DNA of 64,000 nucleotides from Heptranchias perlo (lineage: Eukaryota). Position 1 is the stretch's first letter. Every line of letters starts with the position of its first letter. The translations under genes were made by a program, and so were the position numbers. This document shows positions 1-12,179 of the stretch, one piece after another. The stretch is from the NCBI RefSeq assembly GCF_035084215.1, contig NC_090364.1, forward strand, positions 8,680,001 through 8,744,000, read 5' to 3'. Below the pieces are notes generated by a model that saw only the letters and a list, made by a program, of their open reading frames with translations, searched no databases and was not told where the DNA came from.

Positions 1-283
1 AGTACCATTATAACAGTCAAGTACCATTGGAATAGTCAAGTACCATTGTAACAGTCAAGTACCATGGAAACAGTCAAGTACCATTGTAACAGTCAAGTAC
101 CATGGAAACAGTCAAGTACCATTGTAACAGTCAAGTACCATTGTAACAGTCAAGTACCATGGTAACAGTCAAGTACCATTGGAATAGTCAAGTACCATGG
201 AAACAGTCAAGTACCATGGAAACAGTCAAGTACCATGGAAACTGTCAAGTACCATTGTAACAGTCACGTACCATGGTAACAGA
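1..283. repeat. 19-bp minisatellite (AGTACCATTGTAACAGTCA and variants), about 15 copies, running off the window start
   Basis: Directly visible 19-nt period with variant cores (TTGTAAC, TGGAAAC, TTGGAAT); no unique spacers. Confidence 0.95.
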
Positions 284-629
284 TATAATAGAGGTCTTTT
301 CTGTTTTGGACCTTATGTTGCTAGCTTATGTTATCAACTTGCTAAGTGTCAGCTTGGTGCAGTTGGTAGTACTCACCTCTTGAGTTAGAAGGTCATGGGT
401 TCCACTTCACTTCTGTGCTGTAAAATTCCATGATTCTGAATGTTAATACACTCTTAAAGCCTCTGCAGACTGTGTCTGGGTACAGTGTGATATGGCAGCA
501 ATACACAGGAGAGAGACCAGAGTTCCAGTTAATCACTAGTAGCAGTAACATTTTTGAAAGCAGCGATGTTAAGCATTGCACCAACCATTACCCACTGTCC
601 TACCTGCCCACAAACTCAGGCAGAGCAAA

Positions 630-832
630 CATAGAATTACATAGAATTTACAGCACAGAAACAGGCCATTCGGCCCCACTGGTCTATGCCGGCATTTATG
701 CTCCATATGAGCCTACGTCATCTAAACCTATCAGCCTATCCTTCTATTCCTTTCTCCCTCATGTGTTTATCTAGCTTCCCCTTAACTGCATCCATGCCTA
801 TTCGCCTCAATTACTCCATGTGGTAGCGAGTT
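630..832 (-). mobile_element. CR1-type LINE 3' end fragment
   Basis: CATAGAA tail and GGCCATTCGGCCC hairpin typical of CR1 3' UTRs, as seen in other copies in this window. Confidence 0.65.
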
Positions 833-891
833 CTAACAAATCGACATGACCCGATATGATCTTGGTTGCTTGTTCCTCAATCTGACTCATT

Positions 892-1681
892 GGACCAGAA
901 TTTGCTGTAGCTGGGCAACGAATGGTGCCCGCCATTATTTAGACTTGCCCTTGCCAATTTCATCTCAATGATATTTTACGCCGCAAGTTGGTGAAAGTAC
1001 AAGCTGATAACATCGCAACGAGGAGAGAACCGGGCATCTGGGACCTGAGTGAACAGGGCCAGCAACAGGGGGTCTCCTTAAATAACCAGATTGAAGGATT
1101 GGGAAATAAACTGTGCAAGGACTGAGATGGAAGTGTAAATTAGAATGGGTGAGTCCAATGTCAAATGAGGTACAGAAAGAGAAATAAGGAGAGGGAAAGA
1201 AAGATTCGATTAAGAGAGAGAAAACAAAGAGACAGGAAGGAAAAGTTTAAAAAGATATTTTAATTTAAATTTTTTAAAAAATCGCCAACAACGTTAAAAC
1301 CTGAAAGAATGAGACTCTACACTTGTAATAGTTAATTTTCAGTGCCAGAGAGGTTGACTGGCAGTAATTAACACTTATCACGTCGTTAAAAGGGTTGTTA
1401 GACTGAAATGGACAAGACTTAACTTTCTGCGGTGAGTTTAGTTCGTGTCTACCGCGCAAATCCAGCAACGTCACGCCGCTCTGTGCATTTCAACCGTGAG
1501 GCAGACGACGAGATGCCGTTTTCGCGAAGCTAATGGCAGAGGGGCGTGTCTCGGACAGCAACTTTTGGATTTCCGTGTTTAACCGGGCTCCTGCCCTCGC
1601 CTGAAGTGGCTGTAGCGTTTGTGCATAAATAACGGCGAGCACCATTAGTCTCACCGTTACTTTGACAGCAAATTCTGGGCC
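892..1681. mobile_element. Non-autonomous DNA transposon (PIF/Harbinger-like MITE)
   Basis: Terminal inverted repeats (TIRs) GGACCAGAATTTGCTGT / ACAGCAAATTCTGGGCC, subterminal inverted match AATGGTGCCCGCCATTATTT / AAATAACGGCGAGCACCATT, 3-bp TSD ATT (889-891, 1682-1684). Confidence 0.8.
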
Positions 1682-1749
1682 ATTGTGTAGTGCGCGTCTT
1701 CCTGTTGTGAACTTACTGTACAATGGATTAAATAGAGCCAACTTTGCCA

Positions 1750-2130
1750 TTGTTCAATCTCATTGAAACATACAAAATTCTCACAGGGCTCGACAGGGTA
1801 GATGCAGGGAGGGTGTTTCCCCTGCCTGGGGAGTCTAGAATCAGGGGTCACAGTCTCAGAATAAGGGGTAGGCCATTTAGGACTGAGATGAGGAGAAATT
1901 TCTTCACTCAGAGGGTGGTGAATCTTTGGAATTCTCTACCCCAGAGGGCTGTGGAGGCTCAGTCACTGAGTACATTCAAAACAGAGATCGATAGATTTCT
2001 AGATATTAAAGGGATCAAGGGATGGTGCAGAAAAATGGCGTTGAGGTAGAAGATCAGCCATGATCTTATTGAATGGCGGAGCAGGCTCGAGGGGCCGGAT
2101 GGCCTACTCCTGCTCCTATTTCTTATGTTT
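1750..2130 (+). mobile_element. CR1 LINE 3' fragment (ORF2 C-terminus + 3' UTR)
   Basis: ORF 1744-2049 contains LIETYKIL...RGHSLRI...[17 protein letters not shown]; 3' hairpin and TTCTTATG tail. Confidence 0.9.
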
Positions 2131-2564
2131 GAGGATTGGGCTTAACATTTGCTTGTTATACTGGGAGTGAACCTGACAATATCACACAATACTTCATTTA
2201 GGTTCGAGTCAGGTGAGTTTCTCTCACATTAGACAGAAACACAGGTGTTGTGTTGCTGAAACACCGTTTAATTAGGTTAAATATCGAGGAACGCTCAAAG
2301 GCACTTCAGAGGAACAAACACTTTGTGGATCAGTGTCGAGTTTGTCTGAATTAATACTTCCTCTGAAAAGCCAAAATGAGGTCGCATTGTATATTTTAAA
2401 GCTGTCATTTTCAATCTTTGTGGAAAAAAGAGTCACATTCAGAGTTTTCATTATTGAGAGAAGTCACAGAACCAACCAGCAATGACGTCATCATGGAGTT
2501 GTCATCCCAGCCTGCTTCTTCTTTAGAGCTCTGATCGGCTCCAGACGCCATCCCCAAATCTCAA

Positions 2565-3040
2565 CCATAGAACCGTACAACACAGAAGGAGGTCATTCGG
2601 CCCATCAAGCCTATGCCGGCTCTATCCAATTAGTCCCACTCCCCTGCTATTCACCTAAAGCCCTGCAAATTTTTCCTTTTCAAGTATATATCGCATTCCC
2701 GTTTGAAAGTTATTATTGAATCTGCTTCCACCGCCCTTTCAGGCAGCGCATTCCAGATCATAACAACTCGCTGTGTAAAAAATTTTCTCATCTCCCCCTC
2801 TGGTTCTTTTGCCAATAATCTTCAATCTGTGTCCTCTGGTTACCGACCCTCCTGCCAGTGGAAACAGTTTCTCCCTTTCTACTCAGTTAAAATTTTGAAC
2901 ACCTATATTAAATCTCCCCTTAACCTTCTCTGCTCTAAGGAGAACAATCCCAGCTTCTCCAGTCTCTCCGCATAACTGAAGTCCCTCATCCCTGGTATCA
3001 TTCTGGTAAATCTCCTCTGCACTCTCTCCAAAGCCTTGAC
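2565..3040 (-). mobile_element. CR1 LINE 3' fragment inserted into the ferritin pseudogene promoter
   Basis: Antisense ORF2 C-terminal sequence, 7-bp TSD ATCTCAA at 2558-2564 and 3041-3047. Confidence 0.85.
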
Positions 3041-3047
3041 ATCTCAA

Positions 3048-3171
3048 TCAGTGCTGAGCGAATTCTTAAACTTGCCAGCTTCTTGATTGATCAATAAAAG
3101 ATGTCCGTCATTGTAGAGGACGTCATTTTCTGGATTTCAAGACTGTTTTGTGCAGCAGGAGTACAAATTCA
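3048..3171 (+). promoter_or_regulatory. Decayed ferritin core promoter of the pseudogene
   Basis: Aligns by eye to 13435-13556 and 21918-22044; CCAAT boxes mutated (ATTGA) and TATAAA changed to TACAAA. Confidence 0.7.
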
Positions 3172-3172
3172 T

Positions 3173-4871
3173 GGGCGCTAAATTGGGTGGTGAGGCGCCT
3201 GTTGTTTCAGGGCTACACGGCCTCTCCAACATCCAAGATGGCGTCTTAGCTGCGCATGCACGTTTCCAGCGTGACCTGCGCCGGACGCCATCTTGGTATA
3301 GGAGTTAGCACTTGCGCAAATACCGAATGCCAGGAGCATGTAAAGTAGGGAGAAAATGGATGCAATCAGTGTGCAACGCTGATTTAAAGTGATCGACACC
3401 ATTTTGGGATTTAACGCTCAATTCAACGCACAGTCTTAACCCCGACCATCTGAACGTATCTTAGAGTGCCTGGAGGACAACCACCAGCGCTATTTAAAGG
3501 GACCATGCAGGATTTACAGGTTAGTGGCTGGATTTTTGCTTCTGGCTGCCAAGGCATTTGTAACTGTTTTTGGAGGTCTCCTAGACTTGAATACTAGGAT
3601 GCAGGGACATAGCCTAACATTTAGAGCCAGGACGCGCAGGAGTGAAGTTTGGAAATGCTTCTACACGCAAAGGGTGGGAGATGTTTGGAACACCCTTCTG
3701 CAAACGGCAGTTGATGCTAGCTCAATTGTGAATGTTAAATCTGAGATTGATAGATTTCTGTGAACCAAGGGTATTAAGGGCTATGGGGCTAAGGCGGGTA
3801 TATGGAGTTAGGTCACAGGTCCACCATGATCTCATTGAATGGCGGAACAGGCTCAAGGGGCTAAATGCCACTGCCACTTGCTGCCTCCTGATATGCGCCA
3901 CCTTCTCCTGCAAGAAAGCGGGATGTGTGTCTGGGTGATGTGCCTGTCATTGTTGAATAGCTGTCAGTGTGTGCGGCCTGTGAGTTGTGAGTGGGCAGCT
4001 TGAAAACAGTGGTAACGTGCAAGGGTGAGAGGAAGCATCTGATTGGAAGAGTTGAGTACTGATGGAAAGAGTTTGTTGGTATGTGGGTGATGGGGTGTAG
4101 TGTGTGGAGCAGTGGATGTGGCTAGTGGTGCAGTTGGTAGGAGACAACACTTGACAGTTGACCTCACTCACCTTGACCACTCATGTCAAAGCATTGAACT
4201 TCTTCCTGCACTGCATCCATGCTCATGATGCTGTGCGCCTGGCATTGACTTCGTCCCCCGCTGCCTCCCACGGCCTTTTGGATATATGTCTGGAGGGCCT
4301 CTTGCCCTCCCCCCGGATATAGGATGTCCCTCCTTCTGTCCACTTCTTGCACCAAGGCCTCTAGTGCATCAGTAGAGAACCTTGGTGCACGGACTCTCGC
4401 AGGCCTGGTACAAACGCAGATCGGCAGATTGGTGAGGTCTGACATGCAGATCGGAGGATGTGGGATTTAGTAGTGCGCAACCTTTATTCGATGTTTTAAC
4501 ATAACGCATCAGTTTGTAAACATAGAGACGGGAGCTGCATCTGTGTTTTGCGTGTGCAATGTCTGATCTCTGTTCAGACTCGGTGCAGACAGCAGATTGT
4601 TATTTTCAGCAAATAATAGGTACCAGCTACCTTTAAGAGATTTTTAAGAGACAGCCTGCCTTTAAGAGATTGGGGCTCCCTGTGCTTGTGAAAAGTGCAA
4701 ATTGCATTGAATCCTCGTGTCAATGCTGATTCGGAACGCTGCTTGAAGGTAAGTCCTCAGGCCTCACGTAAGTCTCGTTCTGCCTGCGCAGGGGCCATTA
4801 GGCGCGTGGTAATAGCGGATCGCACTGCCCCCGCCCAATAATAGGCCCTATCCAATTTCCCCCTCCCCCCC
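3173..4871 (-). mobile_element. PIF/Harbinger-derived element with Myb/SANT-like ORF remnant; nested CR1 fragment at about 3585-3865
   Basis: Minus ORF 4164-4445 RVRAPRFSTDALEALVQEVDRRRDILY resembles Harbinger Myb/SANT proteins; imperfect GGG..AAATTGG / CCAATTTCCCC termini; flanks rejoin as AATTCA|AGTCTT, as in the intact promoters. Confidence 0.7.
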
Positions 4872-4937
4872 CAAGTCTTTTAACAACAACGTTTCAAGAT
4901 ATTGGCTTTGCTGAAACTAAATTAGACCAAAAAACAA

Positions 4938-5033
4938 ATGAATTCCTAGGTATGCCAGAACTACCACCAGGATTGTGAGACTGCTATCAACAAGCAGATT
5001 AAGATGGAGCTCTCTGCCTCCTATCTTTCTGTG
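4938..5033 (+). pseudogene. Ferritin pseudogene: exon 1 plus part of intron 1; exons 2-4 not found
   Basis: ATG AAT TCC TAG ... reads [31 protein letters not shown]; stop at codon 4, 6-nt deletion, GT donor; 5034-5400 resembles intron 1 of the intact genes. Confidence 0.9.
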
Positions 5034-5816
5034 GTGATTTTAAAAAAAAATCTGGTATTAAGTGTTTAAATTCTTGTCTCTTAGTTAGGGCTAATTTTAA
5101 CTGTGGCCTCTTCCATCTCTTGATCTAGTTGCAGCACTAACAATAGACAGCATTCACTTTAATCCGTTAGAACTGACGTTGGCAGCGACTTCCTTGCATT
5201 TAGGGGAAGCAGAGGTAAGGCTTAAATGTCAAATTGGTCATTTCGTTGCTGCTGGGAATTTGTAATGCGCAAGCTTTTTGACCTCGCTCCAACAGAATAC
5301 AGTTCAGACTCTCTACTGAGTGGAGTTAAACTCGAAGGCCCTGAGCTATCGTCAGTCTCAAATTGAACGGCACAATTGATCTCCTTGGTGAGCTGTAGCT
5401 AATCCGGATTGTAATAAAAGGTCAGAATCTTCTGTGAAGACTGAATGTCTATTGCTGTTTATTCCCCTATCGCATTGGCACAAACTTACCCGGTTGCTGT
5501 CCCACAAGAGATGAATGGGCAACATTACACAAATGTCTTCATTTCTTAACTCTTTCCATCGTCTTCTCTCCATTGTACTTACGTGTCAATCTGACAGTTG
5601 ATATTATCAACTGCTACACGGCATTTTTTATTGGGCAAAGGGATCGCACTTTCACCCACACCTTCTCAGTTATAGTTAACTGCTGGTCTAGTCTCTATTC
5701 CATACGTCCACTTTTTTATTTCCCGTGCAATCTGTTACTGGACAGTAAATGCACCTCATTTTACTGAGAAACCAATCGAATATGCGAATAAGTCTGAAAA
5801 GAAAGCCTCACCAATT

Positions 5817-6265
5817 GGCGGCACTCTCGCCTCTGAGTCAGAAGGTCGTGGGTTCGAGTCCCACTCCAGAGACTTGAGGACAAAATCCAGGCCGACACTC
5901 CCAGTGCAGCACTGAGGGAGTGCTGCACTGTCGGAGGTGCCGTCTTTCAGATGAGACGTTAAACCGAAGCCCCGTCTACCCTCTCAGGCGGACGTAAAAG
6001 ATCCCAAGGCACTATCCGAAGAAGGGCAGGGGGGTTCTCCCCAGTGTCCTGGCCAATTTTTATCCCTCAACCAAAATCAATAAAACAGATTATTTGGTCA
6101 ATATCAAATTGCTGATGTGGGATCTTGCTGTGCGCAAATTGGCTGCCGTGTTTCCAATGTTACAACAGTGACTACACTTCAAAAGTACTTCATTGGCTGT
6201 AAAGCGCTTTGGGACAACCTGAGATCGTGAAAGATGCTATAGAAATGCAAATTCTTTCTTTCTTT
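5817..6265 (+). mobile_element. tRNA-derived Deu-domain SINE (SacSINE1-like)
   Basis: B-box GGTTCGAGTCCC, Deu-like core GTGTCCTGGCCAA..TATCCCTCAACC, L2-like tail GCTATAGAAATGCAA..TCTTTC. Confidence 0.8.
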
Positions 6266-6469
6266 TAAACTCTATCAGTGTACGGTGAAACATAACACCA
6301 ATAGAGAAAGAGAGAACTCCAGTTATTTCGACTCATGGAAACAAGTGACTATTGTGTTCATACAGCAATGACTGTTTTGGATGCAGACATTTTAAACATT
6401 GTACCAATCACTAATCAATATCACAACTCAGAGTCAGAAGGTTGAGGGTTCAAACTCCACTAAATATCC

Positions 6470-6815
6470 CAAAGTGTTTCACAGTCAATGCATTTATTTT
6501 TCAAGTGTGCCCACTATATTGTCAACTGTGGCTCAAACAGCAAATGAGGTGAATGATCAGATAATCTGTTTTTGGTGATGTTTGCTGAGTGAGGAATGTT
6601 GGCCTGGACACCGAGTGAACTCCCTGCTATTTTTCAAGAAGTGCCGAGGAAACTTTCGCATCTACCTGAACAGGCAGACATTACCCTTGTTTCAACTCAA
6701 ACGAAGATAGCACCGCTAACAATGCAGCACTCCCTCAGTACTGCACTGGAGTGTGGCCTAGATTATGGACTCAAGTCCCTGAGGTGGAGTTTCAGCCCAC
6801 AGCCTTCTGACTCCG
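6470..6815 (-). mobile_element. Deu-domain SINE, degraded
   Basis: Reverse complement similar to 5817-6265. Confidence 0.65.
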
Positions 6816-6888
6816 AGATTCAATTCTTCTTCCTGAGTTGGGAGCAGTTATGATACTGAGTTGAAAAGTCAGAAACAATTTTTATACT

Positions 6889-7095
6889 AGCCATGATGTG
6901 GAGATGCCGGTGGTGGACTGGGGTGGACAAATGTAAGGAATCTTACAACACCAGGTTATAGTCCAACTGTTTTATTTGAAAATCACAAGCTTTCGGAGGC
7001 TTCCTCCACTCACCTGACGAAGGAGGAAGCCTCCGAAAGCTTGTGATTTTCAAATAAAACTGTTGGACCATAACCTGGTGTGGTAAGATTCCTTG
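6889..7095. mobile_element. Penelope-like element end with inverted duplication (hairpin)
   Basis: Inverted arms of about 72 bp (6935-7007 and 7022-7093); 12-bp TSD AATTTTTATACT (6877-6888, 7096-7107); same family as 18586-19345. Confidence 0.75.
7010..7046 (+). ncRNA. Minimal type I hammerhead ribozyme-like motif (Penelope-associated)
   Basis: UCAC-CUGACGA-A-GGAGG(AAG)CCUCC-GAAA-GC-UU-GUGA: catalytic core, stem II, stem I UCAC/GUGA, palindromic AAGCUU stem III. Confidence 0.6.
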
Positions 7096-7694
7096 AATTT
7101 TTATACTGATGTTTTCAGAAATGTGTATTTTCTATCTCTAGCCATGCAGCAATCATGGAAAGAATTGTAAGACAGATTATTAAATATCTCTGACATTTGT
7201 TTGGATGAGACAATGGCTATTTTCCAACTGTCTGTATATTGAATAATTGTGAACTACTTCTGAGGCTAATGAAAATTGTTTCTAACCACACTTGGCTGAA
7301 TCCCATTTGTAATCGAGATCCAGGGACATGCTGGGGCATTTATAAAAGGTAATAAATGAAAAAACACCATGGAACTGGCCAGATTTGTACAAAATAATTT
7401 CAGGCTGATATTGTCCTATAGGGTGAGATGATGTATCTTCAGTGTTTATGGCATGTGACAGGTGGGTGAGTCAACCCACAAGGGACAAATGGTGGCATCA
7501 TACATTTCTTAGCTCTTCCCTTCATCTTCTCTCCTTTCTATCTCACTAATGTAGATGAACCGTGTTTACCAAGTTGTTATGGCTGTTTTGGTCCAACAAA
7601 GAGGCCACATTTTCACCTCGCCCTTTCCCAGTTATAATTAACTGCTGGTCTGGACCTTGTATTCCTTTCATCCACCATTTTCCTTTCTCAATCT

Positions 7695-7835
7695 TTTTTT
7701 TTATTCGTTCATGGGATGTGGGCGTCGCTGGCGAGGCCGGCATTTATTGCCCATCCCTAATTGCCCTTGAGAAGGTGGTGGTGAGCCGCCTTCTTGAACC
7801 GCTGCAGTCCGTGTGGTGACGGTTCTCCCACAGTT
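7695..7835 (-). mobile_element. 3' end of a second LINE family (CR1/L2 group)
   Basis: Reverse complement of the 3' end seen at 63700-63840. Confidence 0.8.
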
Positions 7836-8249
7836 CCTGGACAGTAAATAATACTGGTATTTTACTCAGAAACTAATATAAATTTGATACGTCAATAAAT
7901 CTTAAAGCCTCTGCAAACAGAGTCTGAACACAGTGTAACATGACAGCAATACATGAGGAGAGAGTACTAGTTATTTGCGCAATGATAAAAGTCACTATTC
8001 TGTTCTTACAGCGATGATTTTTTTGGATGTAAACTTCTTAAGCATTGCACCAAACATTACCCACTGTTATACATGTCCACAAATTAGGTATATGAAATCA
8101 ATTTAGACAACCCTAGCACCAAATCTAATAGAGACCTCTTGTTCCTCAGTCTGTCTCATAGTTCGTCTAATGCTCCGTTTTCAACTTACTGGACATTTAA
8201 TCAAGCATCCGCACAACTTCAGTGTGGCTCGGTGAATATTACAACAACA

Positions 8250-8458
8250 GTCCTGGCCAATATTTATCCCTCAACCAACATCATTAAAACAGATTACCTG
8301 GTCATTGTCACATTTCTGTTTGTGGGATCTTGCTGTGCGCAAATTGGCTGCCGCATTTCCTACATTATTACAGTGACTATGCTTCAAAAATACTTAAAGT
8401 GCTTTGAGATGTCCTGAGGTCATGAAAAGCGCTATATAAATTCAAGTCTTTCTTTCTT
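8250..8458 (+). mobile_element. Deu-domain SINE 3' half
   Basis: GTCCTGGCCAATATTTATCCCTCAACC core and tail. Confidence 0.75.
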
Positions 8459-9160
8459 TAACTCCCAGACTCCGTCAGCCTGTTTGACTCCAGAATCCAC
8501 TTGATCCAGAATGTCCATCGTCCAATGGTAAATGATCACGTGTGAGAGCACACTGAGACAACTGTGCACTGAAGGGAGACAGAATGAAGGGGGGGACTTG
8601 AGGAAAGAGAGTTAGAGTGAAAAAGATTCAAGGACAGGAAGAGTAGGTAAGGCTACATAGGGAAAAGTGGAACAGAAGCAAACAGAAGGATGTAGAAAGA
8701 ACTAAAGAGCGGGAGAGAAGCTGAGACACAATTTTTATTTATATTTTTGACTGTGAGCAATGCCACAGAAATCAACTAGTAATCAGTAATAAATCAGTCG
8801 TGACAGTTTGACATGACTGTAATGATCCAATGTTGCCTCAAGAATCTCACTGTGAACGAGGTGATTATTTTTAAGAGATACATCACAATTGTCAACCAAA
8901 ATGAATGGATTTTGTCAAACCTGAACTAGCACCAGGTGACAGCATCATCCAATCCCTTTGTTGCTATCAGTAAAATAACTTTGTGTGAAGAATAGAAAAA
9001 AATTGCAAATTGTTACGGGGTCTTTTCTAGAAGGTCTAACCTGGGTGAAAAATCGACAAATAATGACCACAGTTCTGGACAGGCATAGGATGGATGTGAT
9101 CACTTCAGGCTGATATTGCCCTATATAGATATATGATGGATATTTGTTGGTTATGCCACG

Positions 9161-11712
9161 TAAGAACTTAAGAACATAAGAAATAGGAGCAGGAGTAGGC
9201 CATACGGCCCCTCGAGCCTGCTCCACCATTCAATCAGATCATGGCTGATCTTCGGCCTCAACTCCACTTTCCCGCCTGATCTCCATATCCCTTGATTCCT
9301 CTAGAGTCCAGAAATCTATCTATCTCAGCCTTGAATATACTCAACGACGCAGCATCCATGGCCTTCTGGGATAGAGAATGCCAAAGATTCACAACCCTCT
9401 GAGTGAAGAAATTCCTCCTCACCTCAGTCTTGAAAGGCTGACCCTTTATCCTGTGACTATGCCCTCTAGTTCTAATCTCTCCAGCCAGGGGAAACAATCT
9501 CTCAACATCTACCCTGTCAAACCCCCTCATAATCATATATGTTTCAATGAGATCACTTTTCATTCTTCTAAACTCCAGAGTATAGGCCCATTCTACTCAA
9601 CCTCTCCTCATAGGACAACCCTCTCATCCCAGGAATTAATCTGGTGAACCTTTGTTGCACCGCCTCTAAGGCAAATATATCCTTCCTTAGACCAAAACTG
9701 TATGCAGTACACCAGGTGAGGTCTCACCAAAGCCCTGTACAACTGTAGTAAGACTTCCTTACTCTTGTACTCCAACCCCCTTGCAATAAATACCAACATG
9801 CCATTTGCTTTCTTAATTGCTTGCTGTACCTGCATGCTAACTTTTTGTGTTTCTTGTATGAGGACACCCAAGTCTCTCTGAACACCAACATTTAATAGTT
9901 TATCACCATTTAAAAAATATTCTGTTTTTCTATTCTTCCTACCAAAGTGAATAACTTCACATTTCCCCACATTATACTCCATCTGCCACCTTCTTGCCCA
10001 CTCACTTAACCTGTCGATATCCCTTTACAAACTCTTTGTGTCTTCCTCACAGCTTACTTTGCCACCTAGCTTTGTATTGTCAGAAAACTTGGATACACGA
10101 CACTTGGTCCCTTCAACCAAGTCATTAATATAGATTGTAAATAGCTGAGGCCCAAGCACCGATCCTTGCAGCACTCCACTAGTTACAGTTTGCCAACCTG
10201 AGAATGACCCGTTTATCCCTACTCTCTGTTTTTCTGTCCTTTAGCCAGTCCTCTACCCATGCTAATATATTACCCACAACCCCATGGTTCCTTACCTTGT
10301 GTAATAACCTTTTATGTGGCACCTTATCGAGTGCCTTTTGAAAATCCAAATATACTACATCCACTGGTTCCCCTTTATCTACCCTGCTAGTTACATCCTC
10401 AAAAAACTCTAATAAATATGACATACATGATTTCCCTTTCATAAAACCATGTTGACTCTGCCTAATCATATGATTTTCTAAGTGCCCTGTTACCACTTCC
10501 TTAATAATGGATTCCAGCATTTTCCCGATGACCGATGTCAGGCTAACTGGCCTGTAGTTCCCTGTTTTCTCTCTCCCTCCCTTCTTGAATAGCAGGGTTA
10601 CATTTGCTACCTTCCAATCCAACCTTTCCAGAATCTAGGGAATTTTGGAAGATTATAACCAATGCATCCACTATCTCTGCAGCCACCTCTTTTAGAACCC
10701 TAGGATGTAGGACATCAGGTCCAGGGGATTTGTTGGCTTTTAGTCCCATTAGCTTGTCCAGTATTTTTTCTCTAGTGATGTTAATTGTTTTAAGTTCCTC
10801 ACTCTCATTTACCCCTTGGTTTCCCACTATTTCTGGTATGCTTTTTGTGTCTTCTACTGTGAAGATAGATATAAAATATTTGTTTAAAGCATCTGCCATT
10901 TCCTGATTCCCCGTTATAATTTCTACTGTCTCAGCCTCTGAGGGACTAATGTTTACTTTTGCTACTCTCTTCCTTTTTACATACTTGTAGAAGCTCTTAC
11001 AATCCGTTTTTATATTTCTTGCTAGTTTACTTTCATATTCTATTTTCTCCCGTTTTATCAATTTTTTGCTCGTCCTTTGCTGGTTTCTAAAAGTCTCCCA
11101 ATCCCCAGGCTTATTACACTTCTTGGCAACCTTACAGGCCTCTTCTTTCAATCTAATACTCTCTTTAACTTCTTTAGTTAGCCACTGTTGGATCACTTTT
11201 CCTGTGGAGTTTTTATTTCTCAATGGAATGTATATTTGTTGAGAATATTGAAATATTTCTTTAAATGTTTGCCATTGCTTTTCAACTGACAAACCCTTTA
11301 ATTTAATTTCCCAATCTACCTTTCATAACTTGCCCCTCAAACCTATGTAATTGGCTTTATTTAAGTTTAAGATTCTAGTTTTTGACTTAAATACGTTACT
11401 TTCAAACTCAATGTGAAATTCTATCATATTATGATCACTCTTCCCCAGAGGTTCTTTTACTGTGAGATTACTAATTAACCCTATCTCATTACATAATACA
11501 AGATCTAAAATAGCCTGTTCCCTGGTTGGTTCCATGACGTATTACTTTAAGAAATCGTCTCGAATACATTCCATGAACTCATGTTCCAAACTACCTTGGC
11601 CAATTTAATTTGCCCAGTCTATATGCAGATTAAAGTCCCCCATAATGACTGTATTTCCTTTGTTACGAGCTCCTATTATTTCATGATTAATACTTTGTCC
11701 TCATGATTAATA
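9161..11712 (-). mobile_element. 5'-truncated CR1 LINE, about 2.5 kb, frameshifted ORF2 (endonuclease end, RT, C-terminus)
   Basis: Minus ORFs 11323-11535 (PTREQAILDLVL), 10543-11292, 10179-10622 (GNYRPVSLTS, QHGF, YLDFQKA), 9608-9982, 9258-9563. Confidence 0.95.
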
Positions 11713-12179
11713 CACTGTGTGACAGTTACCTGACTTCCATTCCACAAGGGTTGACATCATGATGAATTTCTTAGTTCTTTCTTTCATCTCGGTATTGTAC
11801 TTGTGCTCTAGTCTGACAGTATGAACCATTTATAGCAACTGCTAAGGGCTATTGTATTCCAACAAAGCCAACACTGTCACCCACCCCTTCTCACTTACAG
11901 TTAACTGTTGGTCTGAACATTCTATCACTTACTTTTTTCCCTCTGCTACCTGTTACTGGCCAGTAAATATTCCTCATATTTACTGAGATACCAAAAGCAT
12001 TTGAAATTATGGTAAATATACCATGGAACTGTGTGTGGGCACTGTGCAACATGGCAGCAATACATGAGGAGCAGAGAGTTCCAGTTATTTACTCTGATAC
12101 AAGGGTGTCGTTAGTGCATTCATGCAGCAATGACTTTTTTTGGATGCAGACATTTTAAACATTCCGCCAACCATTCCCC

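Noticed and set aside
1-283. CRISPR-like array
   Set aside because: Units are contiguous with no unique spacers, and the context is a vertebrate genome
5817-5870. tRNA gene
   Set aside because: Only the tRNA-derived head of a SINE; no full cloverleaf
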